Shown here piece after piece: positions 56,880 to 64,000 of a stretch of DNA of 64,000 nt. Both the position numbers and the translations under genes were made by a program. Under the pieces are notes generated by a model that made no database searches, was not told the DNA's origin, and saw only the letters and a list, made by a program, of their open reading frames with translations. The stretch lies in assembly GCA_963838925.1 (NCBI GenBank), contig CAWISW010000003.1, positions 576,001-640,000 of the forward strand. The letters run 5' to 3'. The stretch is from an uncultured Nitrososphaerota archaeon. GTDB taxonomy: Archaea > Thermoproteota > Nitrososphaeria > Nitrososphaerales > Gagatemarchaeaceae. Positions within the stretch are counted from its first letter, which is position 1. Each line of letters opens with the position of its first letter.

Positions 56880-57260
56880 ATGGCCTCCACCCCCGGGCAG
56901 CCACCGTCATCGCCGAGCCGGACACGGAGGCTGTTCTACGCGATCTCAGGCATCGTCGCGGTGATGGTGGTCGGCACGATAGGCTTCCACCAGATAGAGG
57001 GCATGAGTTGGGTGAACTCCGTCTACTTCGAGAGCATGCTCGCCACCGGCCAGGGACCTCCCATCCAGCTCATGACCGACTCGGGCAAGATCTTCGCGTC
57101 GGTGATGGCCTTCGTCTCCGTAGGCTCGGTGATCACCGCGTTGGTCGTCACCCTCGCCCCCATAATCTCGCAGCTCTGGCGGGAGGGATGGGAGAGGGCA
57201 GAGAAGGACGCGAAGACCCTGGAGCGAGACCTCTCGGGAAAGAAGAAGGCCGACGAGTAG
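56880..57260 (+). CDS. Two-TM ion-channel-like protein (Ion_trans_2 fold) with atypical filter
   Basis: VGTIGFH.IEG.SW.NS.YF...ATGQGP....T.SGKIF; TVGYG replaced by TGQG. Confidence 0.75.
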   Translation: MASTPGQPPSSPSRTRRLFYAISGIVAVMVVGTIGFHQIEGMSWVNSVYFESMLATGQGPPIQLMTDSGKIFASVMAFVSVGSVITALVVTLAPIISQLWREGWERAEKDAKTLERDLSGKKKADE

Positions 57261-57275
57261 CCGCGAGCTCGGCGC

Positions 57276-58679
57276 CTAGTCCTCGAGCCGAGCGAGGAAC
57301 ACGGTCTCCGAGTAAGGCCTCTTGTCCCTCTCGGTCCTGTCCTCCACCGGCCTCTCGAAAGACCTCTCGATGCGCATCCCCGCCTCCTCGAAGATGGACG
57401 GGTAGAGGCCGAGCCGGTCGTTAGCGACGAGGAGGACGGCCGCCCTTGGGGCGAGTCCCTCCCTGACGTTGAGGAGGGACTCCGCCATCCCCTTGGAGTA
57501 CTCTGCCTGCGCCCGCTCTCCCTTCCCTCTGGTCTTCGGCCCTATCTCGAGCTCGTCCCTCCTCTCTATCCCGAAGAGCTCGTACGCGTATCTGTGCTGC
57601 TCGTGGTAGTCTATCTGCCCCACGTACGGGGGCGAGGTGAACACGGCCTCGGCCCGCCTGCCGCCGAGCTCGTCCCCGAGCCTGACCATCCTCGAGTCGC
57701 CCTCGATCACGAGCGAGGTCGCGGGCTTCCTCGCCCTCTGAAACTCCCCGACCCGGCGCAGCGTGTCGACCGAGTACGACCTCAGCCTTGGGACGATCGT
57801 CGTGACCGGCTCGCACGTCTTTCCCATGTGCTTGTAGCAGACGTAGGGAGCCCTGACGGGCTTCTTGGGGGTCGCGAGGTCGTAGTGGTGGACGAGCCTG
57901 CACGAGCGGGCCGTCCTGCTCAGGAGGACCTTCAGGAGGTCCTGGTGCTCGTACTCGGGTATGACGTCGCGGAAGAAGAGCATCTCGCGAAGGCTCCTGG
58001 GCGCGAACCAGGTCGCGAGATAGTCGCCGTCGTCTGCGCTCGCCCTTGCCAGCCTCGCCCCCTTGCCGTCCGGGTACTCCTTCGCGCTGAACTCCGCGGT
58101 CCGCCTCGTGATGTCGGAGACCTCCCTATCCAACTTCGGGACGTCGTACTCAGCGAGCTTCACCCTCGAGATCATCACGTTGAACTCCGAGACCTCGACG
58201 CCGACGGAGTCGATCCCCCTCTCGCTCGCCTCGACCAGCGTCGTCGCCGAGCCGCTGAAGGGGTCCACCACCAACTGCCCCCGCTCGAGGTACCTCTCCA
58301 GGAAGTAGCCCACCAGCTGGGGTATGAACTTCCCGAGGTACGGGTGGAGCCTGTGGACGTGCTTCGTCCTGTCCCTCTCGGGGACGTCTAGGAACGCTAT
58401 CGAGGTGTCGCCAATCTTCAGCGCCTCCATCCTCGACCTGACCCTCTCGTTCCAGCTCTCGACGTAGCCGAGCAGCTCCCTCCTCGAGACCCTGAGCCCT
58501 CCGCTCCCCGCCCGGCTGACGACCCTCCCGCTCGCGTCGTACCTCCTGAGGCGGTTGTACTGGACGAGGTAGGAGATGTTGCTCGGCGTCTTGCCGACTA
58601 GGAGCGCCGCGTCGTCCAGGGTGAGCAGGTCCTCGACCAGCGCGCCCCTCTGCGCTCCCGGGGCAGGTCTCTTCGCCAA
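57276..58679 (-). CDS. Orphan amino-type DNA methyltransferase (SPPY, N4-cytosine-like) with N-terminal HTH
   Basis: HRLHPYLGKFIPQL, DPFSGSATT, FTSPPY; N-terminal LLTLDDAA...GKTPSNISYL HTH. Confidence 0.85.
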   Translation of the reverse strand: MAKRPAPGAQRGALVEDLLTLDDAALLVGKTPSNISYLVQYNRLRRYDASGRVVSRAGSGGLRVSRRELLGYVESWNERVRSRMEALKIGDTSIAFLDVPERDRTKHVHRLHPYLGKFIPQLVGYFLERYLERGQLVVDPFSGSATTLVEASERGIDSVGVEVSEFNVMISRVKLAEYDVPKLDREVSDITRRTAEFSAKEYPDGKGARLARASADDGDYLATWFAPRSLREMLFFRDVIPEYEHQDLLKVLLSRTARSCRLVHHYDLATPKKPVRAPYVCYKHMGKTCEPVTTIVPRLRSYSVDTLRRVGEFQRARKPATSLVIEGDSRMVRLGDELGGRRAEAVFTSPPYVGQIDYHEQHRYAYELFGIERRDELEIGPKTRGKGERAQAEYSKGMAESLLNVREGLAPRAAVLLVANDRLGLYPSIFEEAGMRIERSFERPVEDRTERDKRPYSETVFLARLED

Positions 58680-58874
58680 TGGCTTCCGAGCCCAAAGGCC
58701 GTGTTTTCTATTAATGCCTTCCGCGGCGCGGTTCTGACGCGTCTTAGGGAGAAGAGGCCTTCAGGCCTTCATGTGGTGCAACTTGGGAGATGACGCCTCA
58801 TCGTAGGATAATTGAACAGGAAGGCCGTTCGGGCAAACATATTTCCGGATGGACACGCCAAGGACCGATACGAA

Positions 58875-59534
58875 ATGAGAACTCGAAGGTCTGCAATCGG
58901 AAAGGGGGTCATTACCATGATTGCAGTCGCAGTCATAGTCGGAGCGGTGGGGGTCATCTCGCTTTCGCCGCGGTCGAATGTCTCCACTTCTTCCAATACT
59001 CCTTCTCCTGCTTTGTCCGGCATAGCGCCGTATATCGGGGGGCTATCTGCACAGAATGTCTCTTGTTCCCTCGCAAGCGGCGTTTGCGCCTTCACGATAG
59101 TGAACAACAGCACCACGCCACTGGAACTGGAAGACTTTTGCCAAATGACGGTGATAGCAGCCGTCAACGTGACCTCCACAACGACCTACACTGCCGGCAG
59201 CGAATCGGCGACCACGACCTACATCAGCTTCGGAAATGGGTCGACCTCGACAGTGATTTCCACACCCAACAGCTCTGCCACCGCGTCCACGGCCATCGTG
59301 ACCCTAACGGAATATCTCAACATCAACGGCACGATTAGCGGTCCCGCCGCAACTGGTATCCCCGCTGATTCTCAGGCCGCCGCCACTTGCACAATGCCCA
59401 CCACGCAGCTCGGCCACGAGACGGAAGGGTCGGTTGCCGATGGAGGCCTCCAGGTGAAGATCATCGATTCTGTTGACTCCTACCCGGCTGGAACGGAGAT
59501 ACGCTTTGGCTTCGAAGGCACGTGGAGCCACTGA
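58875..59534 (+). CDS. Membrane-anchored/secreted hypothetical protein
   Basis: RRSAIG plus hydrophobic helix (class III signal-like), Thr-rich beta domain; lower GC than neighbours. Confidence 0.65.
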   Translation: MRTRRSAIGKGVITMIAVAVIVGAVGVISLSPRSNVSTSSNTPSPALSGIAPYIGGLSAQNVSCSLASGVCAFTIVNNSTTPLELEDFCQMTVIAAVNVTSTTTYTAGSESATTTYISFGNGSTSTVISTPNSSATASTAIVTLTEYLNINGTISGPAATGIPADSQAAATCTMPTTQLGHETEGSVADGGLQVKIIDSVDSYPAGTEIRFGFEGTWSH

Positions 59535-59660
59535 AGCGGTCTTTCCATCTCCGGAGTTGCACCACCAAAAATCCTCACGGGCCTATCTCCCTAAGACGCA
59601 CCAGAACCCGCGGCGCGCTCAAGGTCAGCCCCCACCCAATGCATATACTCCGACCGGTGA

Positions 59661-61079
59661 GTGGGGACTGGCAGCTTGGGCCTGCGACGGGACCTCTCCT
59701 ACTTCGACCTGATGAACATCGTCATCGGGGCCATCGTCGGCAGCGACATCTACGTGATCCCCGGGATCACCGCAGGGCTAATCGGACCCTTCGCCATCGT
59801 GATCTGGATAATAGGCGGGGCCACCGCCATGGTGCTTGCTATGGTCTTCGGCTACTGCGCGTACTACGTCCCCAACGTCGGGGGCTCGTACGCCTACGTG
59901 TCCACCGCCTTCAACAGGTTCTACGGCTTCATAGCCGGGTGGAGCATGTGCATCGCCGAGATAGTCGCGCTCCCCGTGTACGCGATCGTGTTCATTACCT
60001 ACCTCCAGTACTTCGTCCCCGTCAACGCGGAGGAGCAGCTTGTCATCAAATCCCTCTTCGTCCTCGCCTTCGTCGCGATAAACGTCCGAGGCGTGAAGGC
60101 CGCCGGCAGGCTGAACGACGTCCTCACCCTCGCCAAGCTCGCCCCTCTGCTCCTCATAATCGTGCTCGGCTTGGGCTCGCTAGCCCTCCACCCCAAGCTC
60201 GTCGGCAACTACACGCCGTTCGCCCCCTTCGGGCTCAACAACTTCGGGACGGTCATGGTCCTGGTCTTCTGGGCGTACGCGGGGTTCGAGCTGGGGAGCC
60301 TGCCGTCGAGCGAAGTCGTCGACCCGAAGAGGAACGTCCCCCGGGCGCTCATCGTGGGGATGGCCATCGTGGTGCTCTTCTACGTGCTGACGAACGTCGC
60401 GGTCTTCGGGCTGGTCGGCTCGGCCAACCTCGCGAAGAGCGCGGTTCCGCTCATACTGGTGAGCACGGTCCTCCTCGGCACCTTGGGATCCGTGATAACG
60501 GGAGTCGGCGCCCTCGCCTCCGTCTCCGGGACTGACGAGACCGAGGTCATGGGGACCGCCCGCCTGATCTACGCGATGTCGGCGGACGGGTTGCTGCCCA
60601 AGGCGCTCGCGAAGGTCCACGCGCGCTTCAAGACCCCGCACGTCGCGATCCTCCTCGAGGGCGGGATAGCGCTCGTGCTCTCGCTCTTCACAGGCATAGC
60701 CCAGCTCATCTCGTTCGCCGTCTTCAACCTCGGAGTGTGCTACCTCCTCGTATGCCTCGCCCTGGTCGTGCTGAAGAGGAAGCGCGAAAAGGGCCTGCCA
60801 GGGCAGGGTGTGATCCCCTGGCTCGGCGCGGCAATCAGCATCTACCTGCTCTACTCCACTTCCCTCCTCGACAAGGTGCTCGGGTCGGCCTTCGTGCTCC
60901 TCGGCATCCCCATCTACCTCTTCTTCTCAAAGGCGAAGGTCCGGGAAGTCGAAGCCGAGCTCATCTCCGATGAAGCGATCCTCCAGGCGGAGCTCGAGAA
61001 GCAGCACGGCTTCCTGGCGAACCTCGTCAGGCTGACGAGGGCCGCCTATCGGCGCCTCAGTCGCAGGCCGAAGAAGTGA
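59661..61079 (+). CDS. APC family amino acid permease
   Basis: LRRDL, IGAIVGS.I, P.VGGSY.Y, FWAYAGFE, EV.DP.RNVPRA, ARLIYAMS.DG. Confidence 0.93.
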   Translation: MGTGSLGLRRDLSYFDLMNIVIGAIVGSDIYVIPGITAGLIGPFAIVIWIIGGATAMVLAMVFGYCAYYVPNVGGSYAYVSTAFNRFYGFIAGWSMCIAEIVALPVYAIVFITYLQYFVPVNAEEQLVIKSLFVLAFVAINVRGVKAAGRLNDVLTLAKLAPLLLIIVLGLGSLALHPKLVGNYTPFAPFGLNNFGTVMVLVFWAYAGFELGSLPSSEVVDPKRNVPRALIVGMAIVVLFYVLTNVAVFGLVGSANLAKSAVPLILVSTVLLGTLGSVITGVGALASVSGTDETEVMGTARLIYAMSADGLLPKALAKVHARFKTPHVAILLEGGIALVLSLFTGIAQLISFAVFNLGVCYLLVCLALVVLKRKREKGLPGQGVIPWLGAAISIYLLYSTSLLDKVLGSAFVLLGIPIYLFFSKAKVREVEAELISDEAILQAELEKQHGFLANLVRLTRAAYRRLSRRPKK

Positions 61080-61138
61080 CTTCTCATGGAGGGGAGATGC
61101 AGAGGGTTTTTCTCGCCGCTTCATCGTGTCCGTCTCAC

Positions 61139-62017
61139 ATGCTCAGCTCGAGGGCGAGGCTAGCCGTCGCCATCCTAGCGGTAGTCGGGATCGCCCTGGC
61201 GGCCGTCGCCTTCCTCTCGCTCCCCGGGACCCAGCAATCAGGACAGCCGAGCGGCTCCGCGGTCACCGCCGTGGTGACCGCCTCCGGCGGAAACGTCACG
61301 TTCACGCAAGGCCCCGGCACCGCCGTCTCCTCGCCCTCGTGCGCCGGGTCGACCGAGACCTACGGGAACCTGACGTGGAGCGTCAGTCCCTGCGTCTCCT
61401 ACGGCTTCCCCTCGGCGCCCCTCAAGAACGCGACCCTCGACTCGCAGCAGGTCCTCGCCTTCATCAAGGGGGCCTACGAGTACCACCTCGTCTACTTCGC
61501 GTTCAGCAAGGCCTACGCGAACGTGATGTACGCCATCCTGAACGTCACCGGGAGCCAGGTCGTGACCGGAAACTGGACGACAGGGTACCAAGTGTCATAC
61601 GTCGGGGACAAGCTGCTCAACGTAACCGTCATCCAGGTGATCCCATCCCACTACCAGGTGACGCACCTCTCGTCGTACTCTCTCCCGGACAGGAACTCGA
61701 CGGTGACCTACACGCCGCAGCAGCGGGACGCAATCCAGGTGGCGCTCTCCGATCCCAAGTCGAAGTCGCTCATGGTGGCGGCTCCCTACTACGTCGAGTT
61801 CGTGGGGTCGTCTGGCAACGGGACGCTCGTCGGCACCTACTTCATCCAGCTCTACCAGGTCGACGGCACAGGCGTCGTGGGCGCATTCGTCAACCCGTCC
61901 ACCGACTCGGTGGTCAGCACTTACTCCGAGCAGAGGATCTCTGGCGAGTGCTGGCCCGGAGGCATAGTCATCACGGACCCGTGGGACGCGACGGGCTACA
62001 GCGGCTGCAGCGGATAG
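61139..62017 (+). CDS. Membrane-anchored hypothetical protein
   Basis: N-terminal TM, Cys pairs, multiple N-x-S/T sequons. Confidence 0.7.
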   Translation: MLSSRARLAVAILAVVGIALAAVAFLSLPGTQQSGQPSGSAVTAVVTASGGNVTFTQGPGTAVSSPSCAGSTETYGNLTWSVSPCVSYGFPSAPLKNATLDSQQVLAFIKGAYEYHLVYFAFSKAYANVMYAILNVTGSQVVTGNWTTGYQVSYVGDKLLNVTVIQVIPSHYQVTHLSSYSLPDRNSTVTYTPQQRDAIQVALSDPKSKSLMVAAPYYVEFVGSSGNGTLVGTYFIQLYQVDGTGVVGAFVNPSTDSVVSTYSEQRISGECWPGGIVITDPWDATGYSGCSG

Positions 62018-62035
62018 TCGCTGCGATAGGCCTCG

Positions 62036-62070
62036 TTATCACGGTTGAGAATCGCACTCATTCTTTAAAG
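62036..62070 (+). promoter_or_regulatory. Promoter: TTATCA-CGGT-TGAGAA box, 12-13 bp, then TATA (TTTAAAG)
   Basis: ttatca cggt TGAGAA tcgcactcattc TTTAAAG, about 30 bp before ATG 62100. Confidence 0.7.
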
Positions 62071-62099
62071 CCCAGGGGCGCACTGGAACACCCGCTATA

Positions 62100-63293
62100 A
62101 TGGCGTCAACGGACGACTCCGGAGAAAGGAAGCTCTCCAGGCGTCGCTTCATCAAGTGGGCCGGAGGCTCGGTGGTCGCGGGGACTGCCGCGGTGGCACT
62201 CGGGGGTGCCGTGGGCGGTCTTCTGAAGGAGAAGGCTCCCTCGTCCTCGCCTGCGCATCAAGCCTTGTCAGGCCTGGCTCCGAGACCGCCTGCCGGGTCC
62301 GGTCTGCTCCCCGACAACACGTTCTCGATATTCTGGATCACGGACACCCAGTTCCTGTCAGAGTCGAACCCGGCCCTGTACAAGATGTTGTGCAACTGGA
62401 TCGTCAGCAACTGGGCCGCGTTCAACGGGAAGATGGTGATCCATACCGGAGACATCGTCCAGACCGGGGCAGTCCAACAAGAGTGGGTGAACGCCAACGA
62501 CGCGATGTCCATACTGATGGCGAATGCCATACCTTACTCCTGGTGTGCGGGGAACCACGATGACCTGGTCCAGGACGACGCGACCTCGGGCTGGATGGGG
62601 AACCAGTGGGCCTCAGCCCTCAACCCCTCGGTCGTCAGCAGCCTTGTGAACGGGCTGCCATACACCCACTGGGTCGGAGACTACCACGATGGGATGAACA
62701 CGGCGGTCAGGTTCTCGGCAAACGGGTTGGACTTCCTCGTCGTGAACGTAGAGTGGAACGCGCAGCCTGACGTGCTGAAGTGGGTCGGCGGGATCTTGGA
62801 CGATCCCGCATACGCAAGCCACCGCGTCATAATCGCGCCGCATGCCTACATAGACGCGTACGGGAGCACCGAAGACCCGAGGTGGGGGCCCACCTTGAAC
62901 GACTTTGTGAGCGGGCTGGGCCCGCTGATGGACAAGCACTCCTCCAACGTGTTCCTGACCCTAAACGGTCACTTTGCCACGGACTGCGGCTACAACACGC
63001 CCGCCCCCGTCAACAACCGAAACCAACTGATGTTCGACAGGCAGGATTGCACGGACAACCCTGGCGACCCCACGGGACGGGGCGTCGACGCATCGACTGC
63101 AACGACGAGCGACACGGACAAGGTAGGGGGCGCGACGGTCACGGTCCTCACCTTCGACACAGACAACAACCGGATCAGGGCAAGCACGTACGACATCTAC
63201 CCGGGCAAGTGGAGGGCAGGTCCCAGTGAGGAGTACTCCGTCGTCATGTTCCCGAACGACACTGCAGTGAAGAGACCGGTCATAGCCGTGTGA
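62100..63293 (+). CDS. Tat-exported calcineurin-like metallophosphoesterase
   Basis: SRRRFI Tat; ITDTQ, HTGDIV, AGNHD, APHAY, LNGH. Confidence 0.88.
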   Translation: MASTDDSGERKLSRRRFIKWAGGSVVAGTAAVALGGAVGGLLKEKAPSSSPAHQALSGLAPRPPAGSGLLPDNTFSIFWITDTQFLSESNPALYKMLCNWIVSNWAAFNGKMVIHTGDIVQTGAVQQEWVNANDAMSILMANAIPYSWCAGNHDDLVQDDATSGWMGNQWASALNPSVVSSLVNGLPYTHWVGDYHDGMNTAVRFSANGLDFLVVNVEWNAQPDVLKWVGGILDDPAYASHRVIIAPHAYIDAYGSTEDPRWGPTLNDFVSGLGPLMDKHSSNVFLTLNGHFATDCGYNTPAPVNNRNQLMFDRQDCTDNPGDPTGRGVDASTATTSDTDKVGGATVTVLTFDTDNNRIRASTYDIYPGKWRAGPSEEYSVVMFPNDTAVKRPVIAV

Positions 63294-63404
63294 CGGCCAG
63301 TCGTCCGTCAGATGACAACGAACGCAAGCGCTCGCCTCTGAGCACAGCCGCTGCGGACCTCGTCGCCGACCTCGTGGAAGAATTCTAGAGTCCGGGTCGC
63401 CGTC

Positions 63405-63998
63405 TCAAGAGGTCGTCAGCGTCAGGTCGAGGGAGCCGACGGTGAGGCTGAGGTTGGGAAGCGTCACGTAGAGCATGAAGTCCACTTCGTTCCCGTTGTT
63501 CGCGACGGTCACCGGGAAGGGCGGGCTGACGCTCGAGATCGAGAAGCCGATCGTCGAGACGAACGCGGAGGTCACGGTCAGGTCTGGGACCACCTCCAGG
63601 ACGATGTCGTCCGTGTTGTAGGGGGTTATCTCCACCTTCACGGGTATGATGTCGGTCGAGTAGTACAGCTCAGAGCTGTTGTTCTGGATGACGGCGGCGA
63701 CGAAATAGTTGCTGTTCGTCGAGTCGGCCTTCCACGTCGCCTTCACCGCGGCTATGCTCGAGACCCAGCGCGAGGGAGAGGGCAGGTCGGTCACGACCAC
63801 GTCGACCCCCTGGCCTGGTATCTTGTACTCGAGCTTGGCGGGATTGTCGCTGTTGGGGACTTGGAACGCGACCTGACCCGCCGCCTGCGTGCCCGTCGCC
63901 AGCGTGGCGTTGGGCAGCGGCGTCCTCACCGCCTTGTCAGGCGTCGCTTGGTAGGAGGCGCCGCCGCTCCCGACCAACGTGAAGTATGATCCTGCAAC
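63405..63998 (-). CDS. DUF4352-like surface protein, C-terminal part (truncated by window edge)
   Basis: YFTLV...G.SY....L..G....GQVAFQVP....LEY pattern; frame open to the window end. Confidence 0.55.
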   Translation of the reverse strand, partial: VAGSYFTLVGSGGASYQATPDKAVRTPLPNATLATGTQAAGQVAFQVPNSDNPAKLEYKIPGQGVDVVVTDLPSPSRWVSSIAAVKATWKADSTNSNYFVAAVIQNNSSELYYSTDIIPVKVEITPYNTDDIVLEVVPDLTVTSAFVSTIGFSISSVSPPFPVTVANNGNEVDFMLYVTLPNLSLTVGSLDLTLTTS

Positions 63999-64000
63999 GG

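Noticed and set aside
1-64000. tRNA, rRNA, transposase, integrase or cas genes
   Set aside because: None was recognisable. Intergenic gaps are short and mostly explained by promoters or small ORFs.

Overview
A GC-rich archaeal chromosomal segment. It has TATA boxes about 25-30 bp upstream of many leaderless TTG/GTG starts, an archaeal-type PEP carboxylase, a stand-alone MIT protein and Ser/Thr-linked surface proteins with thaumarchaeal-looking Ig-like domains. It is probably a non-ammonia-oxidising Nitrososphaerota (inference). I found about 65 CDS and no rRNA, tRNA, CRISPR array or transposase. Main blocks: (1) a stress/dormancy-like cluster at 0-7 kb (hydrolase, PRTase, pncB, two USPs, asnA, CBS protein, orphan A/V-ATPase subunit I); (2) a Tat flavoprotein + DOMON-like + membrane-protein operon; (3) YHS/copA, a LigD phosphoesterase and a PadR-ABC exporter; (4) a near-complete classical menaquinone cluster (thioesterase, menC | menF-D-H-B-E-A); (5) a Rieske-MMPL-HxlR island; (6) MFS-USP-ppcA-aguB-aguA; (7) DUF1800-DUF1501-cupredoxin; (8) surface proteins, glycoside-hydrolase-like proteins, an orphan DNA methyltransferase and transporters. 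The most notable signals read directly from the DNA are three. First, a palindrome TTCTCA-N4-TGAGAA sits a fixed 12-13 bp upstream of the TATA box at five promoters, a candidate archaeal activator regulon with DosR-like gene content. Second, three genes appear to need non-canonical ACG/CTG start codons, and menD follows the menF stop in frame. Third, a 34-bp duplicated operator+TATA module sits in the Rieske/MMPL island. All product calls come from motif recognition, not database searches.
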